Under the pieces are notes generated by a model. That model did no database searches and was not told the DNA's origin. It saw nothing but the letters and a program-made list of their open reading frames with translations. A stretch of DNA of 64,000 nt from an uncultured Chlorobiaceae bacterium (GTDB taxonomy: Bacteria > Bacteroidota > Ignavibacteria > UBA10030 > SZUA-254), in assembly GCA_964523395.1 (NCBI GenBank), contig CAZFXS010000008.1:74693-138692 (forward strand). Reading direction: 5' to 3'. Shown piece by piece: positions 10,823 to 19,148 of this stretch. Positions within the stretch are counted from its first letter, which is position 1. Every line of letters starts with the position of its first letter. Made by a program: the position numbers and the translations under genes.

Positions 10823-11278
10823 TTACGTACCGGAATATTGCAGTATCACTTTTGAAGCAAGGAGCAGAACGAGCGGCACAAAAAAGAGTGTTGCGGTAAC
10901 AATCACAATCGTTCCGCCGATACCAAATGCCAGAAACATGCCGGGCTTCATAAATGACTCTGCCTGGTCAGCCTGTTCCTGCGTCATCTTTCCTTCCGCA
11001 ACCTGCTTTTGAATAGCATCACGCTGCGGCTGCATGATCTGGTCCTGAAGCGTCTGGTTGGAAAAAAGCGCGAACGTCATCAGGATACCGACAACGATGG
11101 CAAGTATATATGGAATAACCCATGATGTGGTTTGCACCGGAGTGGCAGCAACTTCGGTATACAGTTCCCCGGGAGCCATAAATACATTGGAAGCGCGGGT
11201 CATAAATGAGGAAATCTGGGGTGTTTCGGATGAAATTGAAGTGTTCTGTTCCATAGCCGTCTCCTTATTTTGGGACAA
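10823..11278 (-). CDS. hypothetical membrane protein (N-terminal half of a possible Yip1-like protein)
   Basis: Hydrophilic N-terminus followed by 2 TM helices. The stop codon lies immediately before a 10-nt homopolymer. Confidence 0.4.
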   Translation of the reverse strand: MSQNKETAMEQNTSISSETPQISSFMTRASNVFMAPGELYTEVAATPVQTTSWVIPYILAIVVGILMTFALFSNQTLQDQIMQPQRDAIQKQVAEGKMTQEQADQAESFMKPGMFLAFGIGGTIVIVTATLFFVPLVLLLASKVILQYSGT

Positions 11279-11458
11279 TAATAGAGATTTGAAATGTGAA
11301 TGTCAACTTTCTTTTCCCTCCCTATTGATTTTATAAAATGTCTTTGTTACTTTGTTTGTGTCGATTTTTCTCTCCGAATCTCAGATTGGTTCCGTGCCTA
11401 TACTAAATGGCGGCGGGGGTATCATGCCGGAACATCATGCGGAGTTTCAGCGCGACTT

Positions 11459-12022
11459 ATGTTCATGCCAGCACTTACAGTTGACGAAATACGGCGGCGT
11501 TTCGAACTCTCCAAAGAGTTCAACGAAATCTTTGACGCGTTCCAGCAGGCTCTCTGCCAACGCCTCGAAGACATCGAACTCTACCGCCAGCTCTTCTGGA
11601 ATCACTCGCTCTCACCCGATGAACTTCAGCTCTTCGGCGAAAAACTTGCCAAGGAGTTTTCTTCCATATCGTACGATGTTTATATGTGGCTCGCAAGCGT
11701 TTTTGAAGTCACGTATTCCCGTTGTGATAATTATGAGCTCGCGCTGAAATATTACCGCAAGGCCGCCGCGGTAAAGCCCTTTCAGCCGGACCCGTATCTT
11801 GATGCCGCCGATTGTTATGAACCCGACCTCAACATCCCGCCTGTTTCCGCGCTTATCGCGTTTCTGAAAGAAGGAGTGAAAACCGTCCCTGTTCCCCGCA
11901 CCTTGTATCAGAGATTATCGCATCTCTATGAGATTGCCGGGAATGATGAGATGAGCGATTTTTGCCGTCGCAAGGCGGAAGAAGGTTCACACCCTCCGAC
12001 GGAAACACCTCCCGCGCAATGA
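11459..12022 (+). CDS. hypothetical protein
   Basis: The ORF has no recognisable family hallmarks. The start was chosen at an internal ATG. The stop overlaps the next gene's start (ATGA). Confidence 0.4.
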   Translation: MFMPALTVDEIRRRFELSKEFNEIFDAFQQALCQRLEDIELYRQLFWNHSLSPDELQLFGEKLAKEFSSISYDVYMWLASVFEVTYSRCDNYELALKYYRKAAAVKPFQPDPYLDAADCYEPDLNIPPVSALIAFLKEGVKTVPVPRTLYQRLSHLYEIAGNDEMSDFCRRKAEEGSHPPTETPPAQ

Positions 12023-12900
12023 CATATCTTCGCGGGTATTTTTTCATCATCCTTGCCACTCTCTTCTGGGGCTTCTCGGCTACCATTGCCAAACTGCTAT
12101 TGACACAGCAGATCGATACGATTGTGCTTGTCCAGATGCGCATCACTATTTCCACAATAATTCTTCTTATCTATTTTTTTATTTTCAGGAAAGATGTTTT
12201 TCGTGTCCGCTTAAAAGATCTGTACCGTTTTGCCGCTTTGGGAATTATAGGAATAGCCGGATCCAACTTTTTTTATTACTTCACGATTAAAGAAACAAAT
12301 GTCGCGACGGCAATTTTACTCCAGTACATCGCTCCGCTGTTTGTCCTTTGTTATGCCGCCCTAACCCGCGAAGAAGAATTAACGTTCGTTAAACTTCTAG
12401 CGGGGCTCATTTCACTTGGGGGATGTTTTCTGGCAATCGCGGGGAAAGATTTTTCCGTTCTACACATCAGTACCATAGGGTTGCTGTCCGGTTTGGCGTC
12501 GGCATTTTCGTGGGGATTTACAAACATTTCGCTCAGGCATTTGCTGAAAGATTACAACATCTGGACCGCGCTTATCTATGCCTTTATTGCCGCGACACTG
12601 TTCTGGTTGTTTATTAATCCTCCATGGAATATTATAGAGGCGCACTATTCTTCCGGTGAATGGGGAATATATGTTCTGGTTGCGATTATTTCCGTGCTTA
12701 TCCCTCACTCATGTTATTTCGCGGGAATGAAATATCTGACTCCGTCGCGAGCAATTATCACCGCGACATTTGAACCGATTGTCGCGATTGTCTCCGCATT
12801 TTTTGTGGTGGGGGAAATGCTCGCACCGGTTCAGATTGCAGGTGCGATGCTTGTTATCAGTGCAATTGCGATATTACAGTTGAAGCAGGAAAATTCTTAA
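12019..12900 (+). CDS. EamA/DMT-superfamily transporter
   Basis: 10-TM protein with duplicated EamA-like halves (LFWGFSATIAKLL...; second half ...FEPIVAIVSAFF). Confidence 0.8.
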   Translation: MTYLRGYFFIILATLFWGFSATIAKLLLTQQIDTIVLVQMRITISTIILLIYFFIFRKDVFRVRLKDLYRFAALGIIGIAGSNFFYYFTIKETNVATAILLQYIAPLFVLCYAALTREEELTFVKLLAGLISLGGCFLAIAGKDFSVLHISTIGLLSGLASAFSWGFTNISLRHLLKDYNIWTALIYAFIAATLFWLFINPPWNIIEAHYSSGEWGIYVLVAIISVLIPHSCYFAGMKYLTPSRAIITATFEPIVAIVSAFFVVGEMLAPVQIAGAMLVISAIAILQLKQENS

Positions 12901-12908
12901 AATAAATT

Positions 12909-12960
12909 CACCGCGAAGACGCAGAGGGTATATCCCTGTGTACTCTGCGTCTCTGCGGTG
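12909..12960. repeat. 18-bp-stem palindrome (CACCGCGAAGACGCAGAG...CTCTGCGTCTCTGCGGTG) immediately 3' of the EamA gene
   Basis: A near-perfect inverted repeat read directly from the sequence. It may act as a terminator. Confidence 0.6.
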
Positions 12961-12979
12961 AAAGAATATCATAAGATAT

Positions 12980-13561
12980 ATGACCGAACGACGAAAAGAA
13001 AAAATACTTTCTGTACTTAATCACCGCCAGCCAAACCTCACAATTGTTATGGAGGATATCCACGACCCGCATAATGTCAGTGCGATGCTGCGCTCCGCGG
13101 ATGCGGTTGGTGTTATGGAAGTGCAATTATTATACACTCAAGAGAAGTTCCCGCGGCTCGGAAAGAAAAGCTCCGCCAGCGCAACAAAATGGGTTAGCAG
13201 AAGAAAATTCAGCTCGATACAGGAATGCTATGATACATTGCGGAAGGAAGGGTTTCTGATTTATGCAACGCACATGGGTGCGTCTGCAGTTTCATTATAT
13301 GATCTTGATTTGACAAAGAATGTCGCGCTGGTCTTCGGCAATGAACACCGCGGTGTTTCGGATGAAGCCGCAAAACTCGCCGACGGCAATTTCCTGATAC
13401 CGATGACAGGCATGATTCAAAGCTTAAACGTCTCGGTCGCTTGCGCGGTAACGTTGTACGAGGCCTTCCGCCAGCGTTCATTGTTGCCGCCCAAAAAACG
13501 CGCGTCACTTTCTCCAGATGCTCTCAAATCCACATTTGATGAGTGGATGAAGAAACGATAA
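12980..13561 (+). CDS. TrmH/SpoU-family RNA 2'-O-methyltransferase
   Basis: SPOUT-family conserved blocks: LGNEHRGVS and a C-terminal knot motif (IPMTGMIQSLNVSVA). Confidence 0.85.
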   Translation: MTERRKEKILSVLNHRQPNLTIVMEDIHDPHNVSAMLRSADAVGVMEVQLLYTQEKFPRLGKKSSASATKWVSRRKFSSIQECYDTLRKEGFLIYATHMGASAVSLYDLDLTKNVALVFGNEHRGVSDEAAKLADGNFLIPMTGMIQSLNVSVACAVTLYEAFRQRSLLPPKKRASLSPDALKSTFDEWMKKR

Positions 13562-13643
13562 ACCACACCATCCGGCAACCTGTCACCCTGAGTCCCGCCT
13601 ATAGCGGGACGGGTATTGGCTCAATTTCATTAACATTTTTAAA

Positions 13644-13720
13644 CGCGGAGGCGCAGAGTTCGCAGAGTATCGCAAAGCAATTTATTCTCTGCGTTTCTTT
13701 GCGGTCTCTGCTGCTCTGCG
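13644..13720. repeat. compound palindromic element built from CGCAGAG/CTCTGCG units
   Basis: Contains GCGCAGAGTTCGCAGAG...CTCTGCGTTTCTTTGCGGTCTCTGCTGCTCTGCG. It shares motifs with the palindrome at 12909-12960. Confidence 0.5.
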
Positions 13721-13782
13721 TTATTCTTTTCTTCAAACTGAGCCTGTACCGTGATACGAAGGGTCTTTTTTAAAGATAACAA

Positions 13783-14592
13783 TTGCCAATGCTTGTAAGA
13801 ATTTACGAAACAAAGGTGTATGTTGAACGGCTTGGAACCGGAAAGCCGTTGGTTCTCATCCACGGCCTCGGCACTCCCTCCGTCTGGATGCACGTTCAGC
13901 AGCAACTCTCGCAATCCTTTGATGTCGTCATCATTCATCTTCCCGGATTCGGGCTCTCTGATCCTCCGGTATCACTTCTGACAACCAAACATCACGCAAA
14001 CCTCATAAAAGAAGTTCTCGATCAATTACAGATTCATAAAGTCAGCATTGGGGGAATTTCGTACGGCGGGCAGATTGCGGCTACTTTCTGTCAACTATAT
14101 CCTGAACAAGTTGAACGGCTCGTTCTTATTTGCAGTTCGGGACTCATGAGCCGCTTTAGCTGTCTTCGTTTTTCTTTTCTCCGGCGTATCATTTCTTCGG
14201 CAGCCGCATTTACTATTTTCAAAAGCAAGACACTGGTCCGATTCACAAACAGAGTATTGTATTACGACCCTCATAAACAACCTCCCGAAATAGTTTCCCA
14301 GTTTTACAACACAATGTTGCGAAAAGAAAGAAGAGTAAGTTGGTTTCAGTGCGCATGGAATGCAGCTTATCCCGCAGAAGACTTTGCGGAAAAGCTTTCA
14401 ACACTGAATATTCCAACATTAATTTTATGGGGAAGAAATGACCGCGTTATTCACATGAAGTATGCTGATGAATTTCAACAGCGGATTAATGGATCACAGT
14501 TGAAAATTCTGGGGGAGTGTGGACACGCGTTGCCGATTGAGAAGCCGAAGGAGTTTTATGACGAGGTTAGAAAATTCTTTGGAATTGATTAG
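13783..14592 (+). CDS. alpha/beta-fold hydrolase
   Basis: HGLG oxyanion motif and a GISYGG nucleophile elbow (GxSxG), followed by C-terminal Asp and His (ECGHALPIEKP). Confidence 0.8.
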   Translation: MPMLVRIYETKVYVERLGTGKPLVLIHGLGTPSVWMHVQQQLSQSFDVVIIHLPGFGLSDPPVSLLTTKHHANLIKEVLDQLQIHKVSIGGISYGGQIAATFCQLYPEQVERLVLICSSGLMSRFSCLRFSFLRRIISSAAAFTIFKSKTLVRFTNRVLYYDPHKQPPEIVSQFYNTMLRKERRVSWFQCAWNAAYPAEDFAEKLSTLNIPTLILWGRNDRVIHMKYADEFQQRINGSQLKILGECGHALPIEKPKEFYDEVRKFFGID

Positions 14593-14627
14593 CCACAAAC
14601 TCTTCCTCCCAAGCGACGTATTAATTA

Positions 14628-16847
14628 TTATCTTAAATGAATCATTTTTCGCACAAACATTTCATTCTCCGTTGTCATCCGATACATATAAATTCCACTG
14701 CCAAATTCTTCCATCGACAAAGTTACAGTATATATATCCGGATTATGTACTTCATCTGTAAGAATTCTTAGCACCCTCCCGAGGATATCTATGATTTCCA
14801 ATTTCACCCTAGTTCTTTTTGAAACAGAATATCGAATTACGGACACAGAGTTAAATGGATTGGGGTAATTTTGTAATAAACTATTTTTTTTAGGTAACCC
14901 AAGAATATTATCAGATAGAATTACCGATTGTGTACCATCAACTAGTTGATATACCCCTCCACCATCGGTACCTGCATAGATATTCCCAGCTACACTCTGG
15001 GAGAAAACGTGGATCTTGGATTGAGCCAGTCCCGTTTTAATTAGTTCCCAAGTATCGCCGCCATCAGTTGATCGGTATGCCCCTGAATCTGATGCTACGA
15101 GAACTCCAATTTTAGAATCAGTCAATAGTGAATAATAGGAAGCGGGAGGAAGAGATTTATCAACTCTTGACCAAGTTAACCCGCTATCGTTCGAACGATA
15201 AATTCCGCCGGTTATCCAGAGATAATAAAAATCTCCAGTGGTGGCAATTAAGCGACCTTGAGAATCAAACGATAAACCGGTAACAATCGAACCAGTGGAA
15301 AACGTGGACACTTGGGTAAATGATACACCATTATTCTGCGATCTATAGATTCCCCGGTTAACATACGTTCCAAAATAAATATCTCCATTATCTCCAAAGC
15401 AAAATGAAGTAATAGGGCCTTCATTCGAAACACGCTTTTCAATCCATGTTAGACCATAATTCGTGGACCGGTAGAATTTTCCACCTGTTTCTGCCCCTAA
15501 AAAAATATCCCCCCATGGGCTTATTGAAATACTCCGCACCCCACCTCCACAACCAAAATTAGATGCACACAAGGAATCTAATTGCCATGTTTCACCATTG
15601 TCGACTGTAGAGTTTGAACCCGAAGTAAGAAACCCAGCAAATACTTTACCCCAAGGATGAGAAGCAAAAGAATTGAGAATATTAGAGGACTGGTCAAAAT
15701 TAAGTGAAATGTCTTCCCATGTAACACCATTGTCGGTAGAACGAAATGATGGACAATTATGCCCGCCGGCAAACAAAACACCATTTGAAGAAGAAGTCAG
15801 CGCATAGATTTCAGCTGAGAGAATTCCCTTAGATTTCTTCATCCATGTAACACCATCGTCGGCTGAGAAATAAATTCCGTCCGAAGAAGAAACATAGACA
15901 TAACCTAAACTATCAGTTGCTATATCATAAGCTAAGTGCGGAAATGGAATGTTTAGCCATGTATCGCCATTATTAATAGATCGACTAATGGAACCATCTC
16001 CTCCGTACTTAATAAGAATTAAAGTTTGGTTTTTTGTTATTCTGAGAAGAGGGGCGAATCCAACGGAAAGGAGACCATTGTTAACGTAATCCCATGTTCC
16101 ACCTTCATCGTTCGACCGTAATACTCCAAAAGGGGGGTAACCGGCAAACAAGTACCCGATATCGTTCTGTACTATATTTGGTATTGTATTGGGAATTGAT
16201 CCTACAAAGGAACTTTCCCAACTCACACCGTCGTCAGTTGAGCGAAGGATATACCCATTGGTTGTTGTTCCAAAAATATTGTCGTGCTGACTTTTAAAAA
16301 TACATTTATTGCCGCCACCTAGAAGATGTTCCCAGGTACTACCGTAGTCTGTAGATCGGAAAACTCCGCTGTCACCTGTTGCTATATACATTCTTCCTTG
16401 ATCATCAAATGATATCAACGAAATAAAATCTAAATTTCTAGGGGCCTCACGGATTATTTCCCAAGAGAGTCCATTATCAGTGGACTGAAGAAGTCCCTCT
16501 GAACCTGTCGTAGACGCCGAACTAGCGTAAATAAATCCATTTGGCCCTATTGTCATGGTTTCGAAAGGTAGGGCTGGATTTCCGAGGTTCACCCATGATT
16601 CTGCATGATCTGAAGAAAAGTACAGTGTACCGTACGAGGCGCGGTCTGCTGGATAAAAATAACCCCCTCGTTTCGCGTATGAAAAAAGTTCGCCATTAGG
16701 TTTTATCTCAATCTGAGTCATTTGACCTCCTTCAGGACCGGGCAACTGCTTCCATTGAAGCTGACTTTGGGCCATGGAAAAGGAAAGAAATGAAAATACT
16801 ATCAAGACTATAATGGTCCCTTGTCCTTCGTAAGTAATGTTAATCAA
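14628..16847 (-). CDS. BNR/Asp-box repeat (sortilin/PSII-stability-factor-like) protein with T9SS C-terminal sorting domain
   Basis: Signal peptide, many S-x-D-x-G-x-T-W Asp-box repeats, and a C-terminal [17 protein letters not shown]...GIYMYRM Por_Secre_tail. Confidence 0.75.
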   Translation of the reverse strand: MINITYEGQGTIIVLIVFSFLSFSMAQSQLQWKQLPGPEGGQMTQIEIKPNGELFSYAKRGGYFYPADRASYGTLYFSSDHAESWVNLGNPALPFETMTIGPNGFIYASSASTTGSEGLLQSTDNGLSWEIIREAPRNLDFISLISFDDQGRMYIATGDSGVFRSTDYGSTWEHLLGGGNKCIFKSQHDNIFGTTTNGYILRSTDDGVSWESSFVGSIPNTIPNIVQNDIGYLFAGYPPFGVLRSNDEGGTWDYVNNGLLSVGFAPLLRITKNQTLILIKYGGDGSISRSINNGDTWLNIPFPHLAYDIATDSLGYVYVSSSDGIYFSADDGVTWMKKSKGILSAEIYALTSSSNGVLFAGGHNCPSFRSTDNGVTWEDISLNFDQSSNILNSFASHPWGKVFAGFLTSGSNSTVDNGETWQLDSLCASNFGCGGGVRSISISPWGDIFLGAETGGKFYRSTNYGLTWIEKRVSNEGPITSFCFGDNGDIYFGTYVNRGIYRSQNNGVSFTQVSTFSTGSIVTGLSFDSQGRLIATTGDFYYLWITGGIYRSNDSGLTWSRVDKSLPPASYYSLLTDSKIGVLVASDSGAYRSTDGGDTWELIKTGLAQSKIHVFSQSVAGNIYAGTDGGGVYQLVDGTQSVILSDNILGLPKKNSLLQNYPNPFNSVSVIRYSVSKRTRVKLEIIDILGRVLRILTDEVHNPDIYTVTLSMEEFGSGIYMYRMTTENEMFVRKMIHLR

Positions 16848-16888
16848 GATTCACTAAAAGGCTGGTTAGTATAATCAGGCTTTTTCAT

Positions 16889-18331
16889 TTACACCCTGTC
16901 AACTTTAATCGTATTTGTCGGATGCCCTTCGAACAAGGGAATTCCCGCCAGCATCACAATTGTTTCGCCTTTTGTGATGTAGCCTTCCTGAAGAAGCTGT
17001 TCCTGTATTTTCTTGAATGTCGCGTCGGTGTCTTTCTTTAAGTCTTCGACAATGAGGCCGCGAATGCCCCATATGAGATTAAGACGGCGCATGATTTTTT
17101 CGCGGTCGGTGACCGCAAGGATTTTCGCGGGCGGGCGGAATTTTGCCACGTGCGCCGCAGTTGAGCCGGAATGCGTCAGCACCACTATGGTCGATGCGTG
17201 CAGTTGATCCGCGAGGATGCACGCGGAACGGCTCAACGGATCATACTCATGTGTTGAAGGAATCCAGTCCGGATCAAATTTGGAATTCTGCCGCACCTGC
17301 TCTTCCGTTTTGCGGATGATCCTGTCCATCATGTGAATTGCCTGAAGCGGATACTTCCCGACTGACGTTTCACCGCTCAACATCACCGCGTCGGCGCCGT
17401 CGAGCACCGCGTTGGCAACGTCGCTTGTCTCCGCGCGCGTTGGGGTCGGATTTTGTATCATCGTCTCCAGCATCTGCGTCGCGATAATCACCGGCTTGCC
17501 TTGCTCGTTGCATTTCCTCACGACCATCTTCTGTAACAGCGGGACGTCTTCTGTCGGCAGTTCGACGCCAAGATCGCCGCGCGCCACCATAACAGCATCG
17601 GTTTCTTTCAGAATCTCATCGATATTGGCAATCGCCTCGCCCTTTTCGATCTTCGCGATAATCGGGATTTTTCTTCCTTTCGGTCCATGCTCTATAATAA
17701 AGTCGCGAAGCAGTGCAATATCATGTGCCCGCCTGACAAATGAGAGCGCGACATAGTCCACGTCGTGTTCAAACGCAAAGAGTAAATCTTCTTTGTCTTT
17801 TTCCGTCAGTGAAGGTGCGGAGACGGAAACGCCGGGAAGATTGATTCCTTTGTGGGCACTTAGTACTCCTCCAACGACAACGTTAAGCAGGACGTCATGT
17901 CCTGTTACGCTTGTTACCTGGAGCTCGACTTTTCCGTCATCCAGCAAAACACGGTCACCCGCCTTGACGTCCAGCGGAAGATGCTGATAGGTTGTGGAAA
18001 ATCTTTTCTCATCCCCCACACATTCATCGACGGTAATAGTAACAGGATTTCCAGGAACCAGAACGATTGTCGGAGTTTTCAGTTCACCGATCCGTATTTT
18101 CGGCCCCTGTAAATCCTGAATGATGCCTACCGGCTCACCCATTGCTTTCGACGCAGCTATTACATGTTTCAATGTTTGCTCATGCTCGGCGTGCGTGCCG
18201 TGAGAAAAATTGATTCTTGCGACATCCATTCCCGCACGTACCATCGACATGATCATTTCAAATGACGCTGATGCCGGACCAAGCGTGCAGATAATTTTTG
18301 TTTTCGCGAACGACTGTATATGATGCTGCAT
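16889..18331 (-). CDS. pyk: pyruvate kinase
   Basis: 480 aa with N-terminal KIICTLGPAS and the catalytic MVARGDLGVE block. Confidence 0.95.
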   Translation of the reverse strand: MQHHIQSFAKTKIICTLGPASASFEMIMSMVRAGMDVARINFSHGTHAEHEQTLKHVIAASKAMGEPVGIIQDLQGPKIRIGELKTPTIVLVPGNPVTITVDECVGDEKRFSTTYQHLPLDVKAGDRVLLDDGKVELQVTSVTGHDVLLNVVVGGVLSAHKGINLPGVSVSAPSLTEKDKEDLLFAFEHDVDYVALSFVRRAHDIALLRDFIIEHGPKGRKIPIIAKIEKGEAIANIDEILKETDAVMVARGDLGVELPTEDVPLLQKMVVRKCNEQGKPVIIATQMLETMIQNPTPTRAETSDVANAVLDGADAVMLSGETSVGKYPLQAIHMMDRIIRKTEEQVRQNSKFDPDWIPSTHEYDPLSRSACILADQLHASTIVVLTHSGSTAAHVAKFRPPAKILAVTDREKIMRRLNLIWGIRGLIVEDLKKDTDATFKKIQEQLLQEGYITKGETIVMLAGIPLFEGHPTNTIKVDRV

Positions 18332-18378
18332 GAAATGGTTTCTCTTAATTAGTATCTAAAATTACACTTCGCCTTCGC

Positions 18379-19146
18379 TCAGTGCAGAGTTTGTAAATTC
18401 ACTGATGCTATAGAGGGAAGAATTTTCCCCGAAGCACCAAGCAAAACTTCGTCAGCAACATTGCTGAGCTCAGTAGGTTCAATATTAATTTCCACCAGAA
18501 ACGCGCCTTTTCTCTTTGCCAGAAGCGGAAGCGACGCGGCAGGATAGACAACCGACGACGTTCCGACGGAAAAGAAAATTTCCGCCTGTTCCGCCGCTGC
18601 GACACTTTCGTCCCATTGATCGGCCGGAAGCATTTCACCGAACCAAACAACGTCGGGACGGACCAGCCCGTTGCATACACTGCATCTTGGCGCGGTTTCC
18701 ACCCGAAGAATTTCCTCGTTGGCCATGCTTTTGCCGCAATCGATGCAATAATTCCGCATAATATTTCCGTGAAGCTCATGAACGTTCCGGCTTCCCGCGC
18801 GCTGATGGAGGTTATCAATATTCTGCGTAATCACCGTGACCCGTTTGAACTGCGATTGCAGTTGCGCGAGGGCGTAATGTCCCGCGTTGGGTTGAACACT
18901 TTCGATTAATTGTTTCCGGTGCTTGTACCATTCCCACACTAATTCGGGATTTCTGATAAACGCATCAAAGTTTGCAAGCTCCTCGGGTTTAAACTTTTTC
19001 CACAACCCGTCATCGCCGCGGAACGTTGGCACGCCGCTTTCCGCCGACATACCCGCTCCGGTAAACACAACAATGTGTTCCGCTTCCTGCAATGTTGATT
19101 GCAGACACGGTGAGAGTTTTATAATACTATCAGTCACATTTATCAT
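18379..19146 (-). CDS. cobB: NAD-dependent protein deacylase, Sir2 family
   Basis: GAGMSAESGVPTFRG NAD-binding motif, a Zn-binding Cys pair (CxxC...CxxC), and the HG catalytic motif. Confidence 0.9.
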   Translation of the reverse strand: MINVTDSIIKLSPCLQSTLQEAEHIVVFTGAGMSAESGVPTFRGDDGLWKKFKPEELANFDAFIRNPELVWEWYKHRKQLIESVQPNAGHYALAQLQSQFKRVTVITQNIDNLHQRAGSRNVHELHGNIMRNYCIDCGKSMANEEILRVETAPRCSVCNGLVRPDVVWFGEMLPADQWDESVAAAEQAEIFFSVGTSSVVYPAASLPLLAKRKGAFLVEINIEPTELSNVADEVLLGASGKILPSIASVNLQTLH

Positions 19147-19148
19147 TG

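Noticed and set aside
11300-11458. N-terminal 53-codon extension of ORF 11300-12022, and the overlapping ORF 11352-11747.
   Set aside because: The extension translates to a Cys/Phe-rich peptide with no features, so a start at the internal ATG (11459 or 11465) is more plausible. The overlapping ORF is Ser-rich and off-frame.
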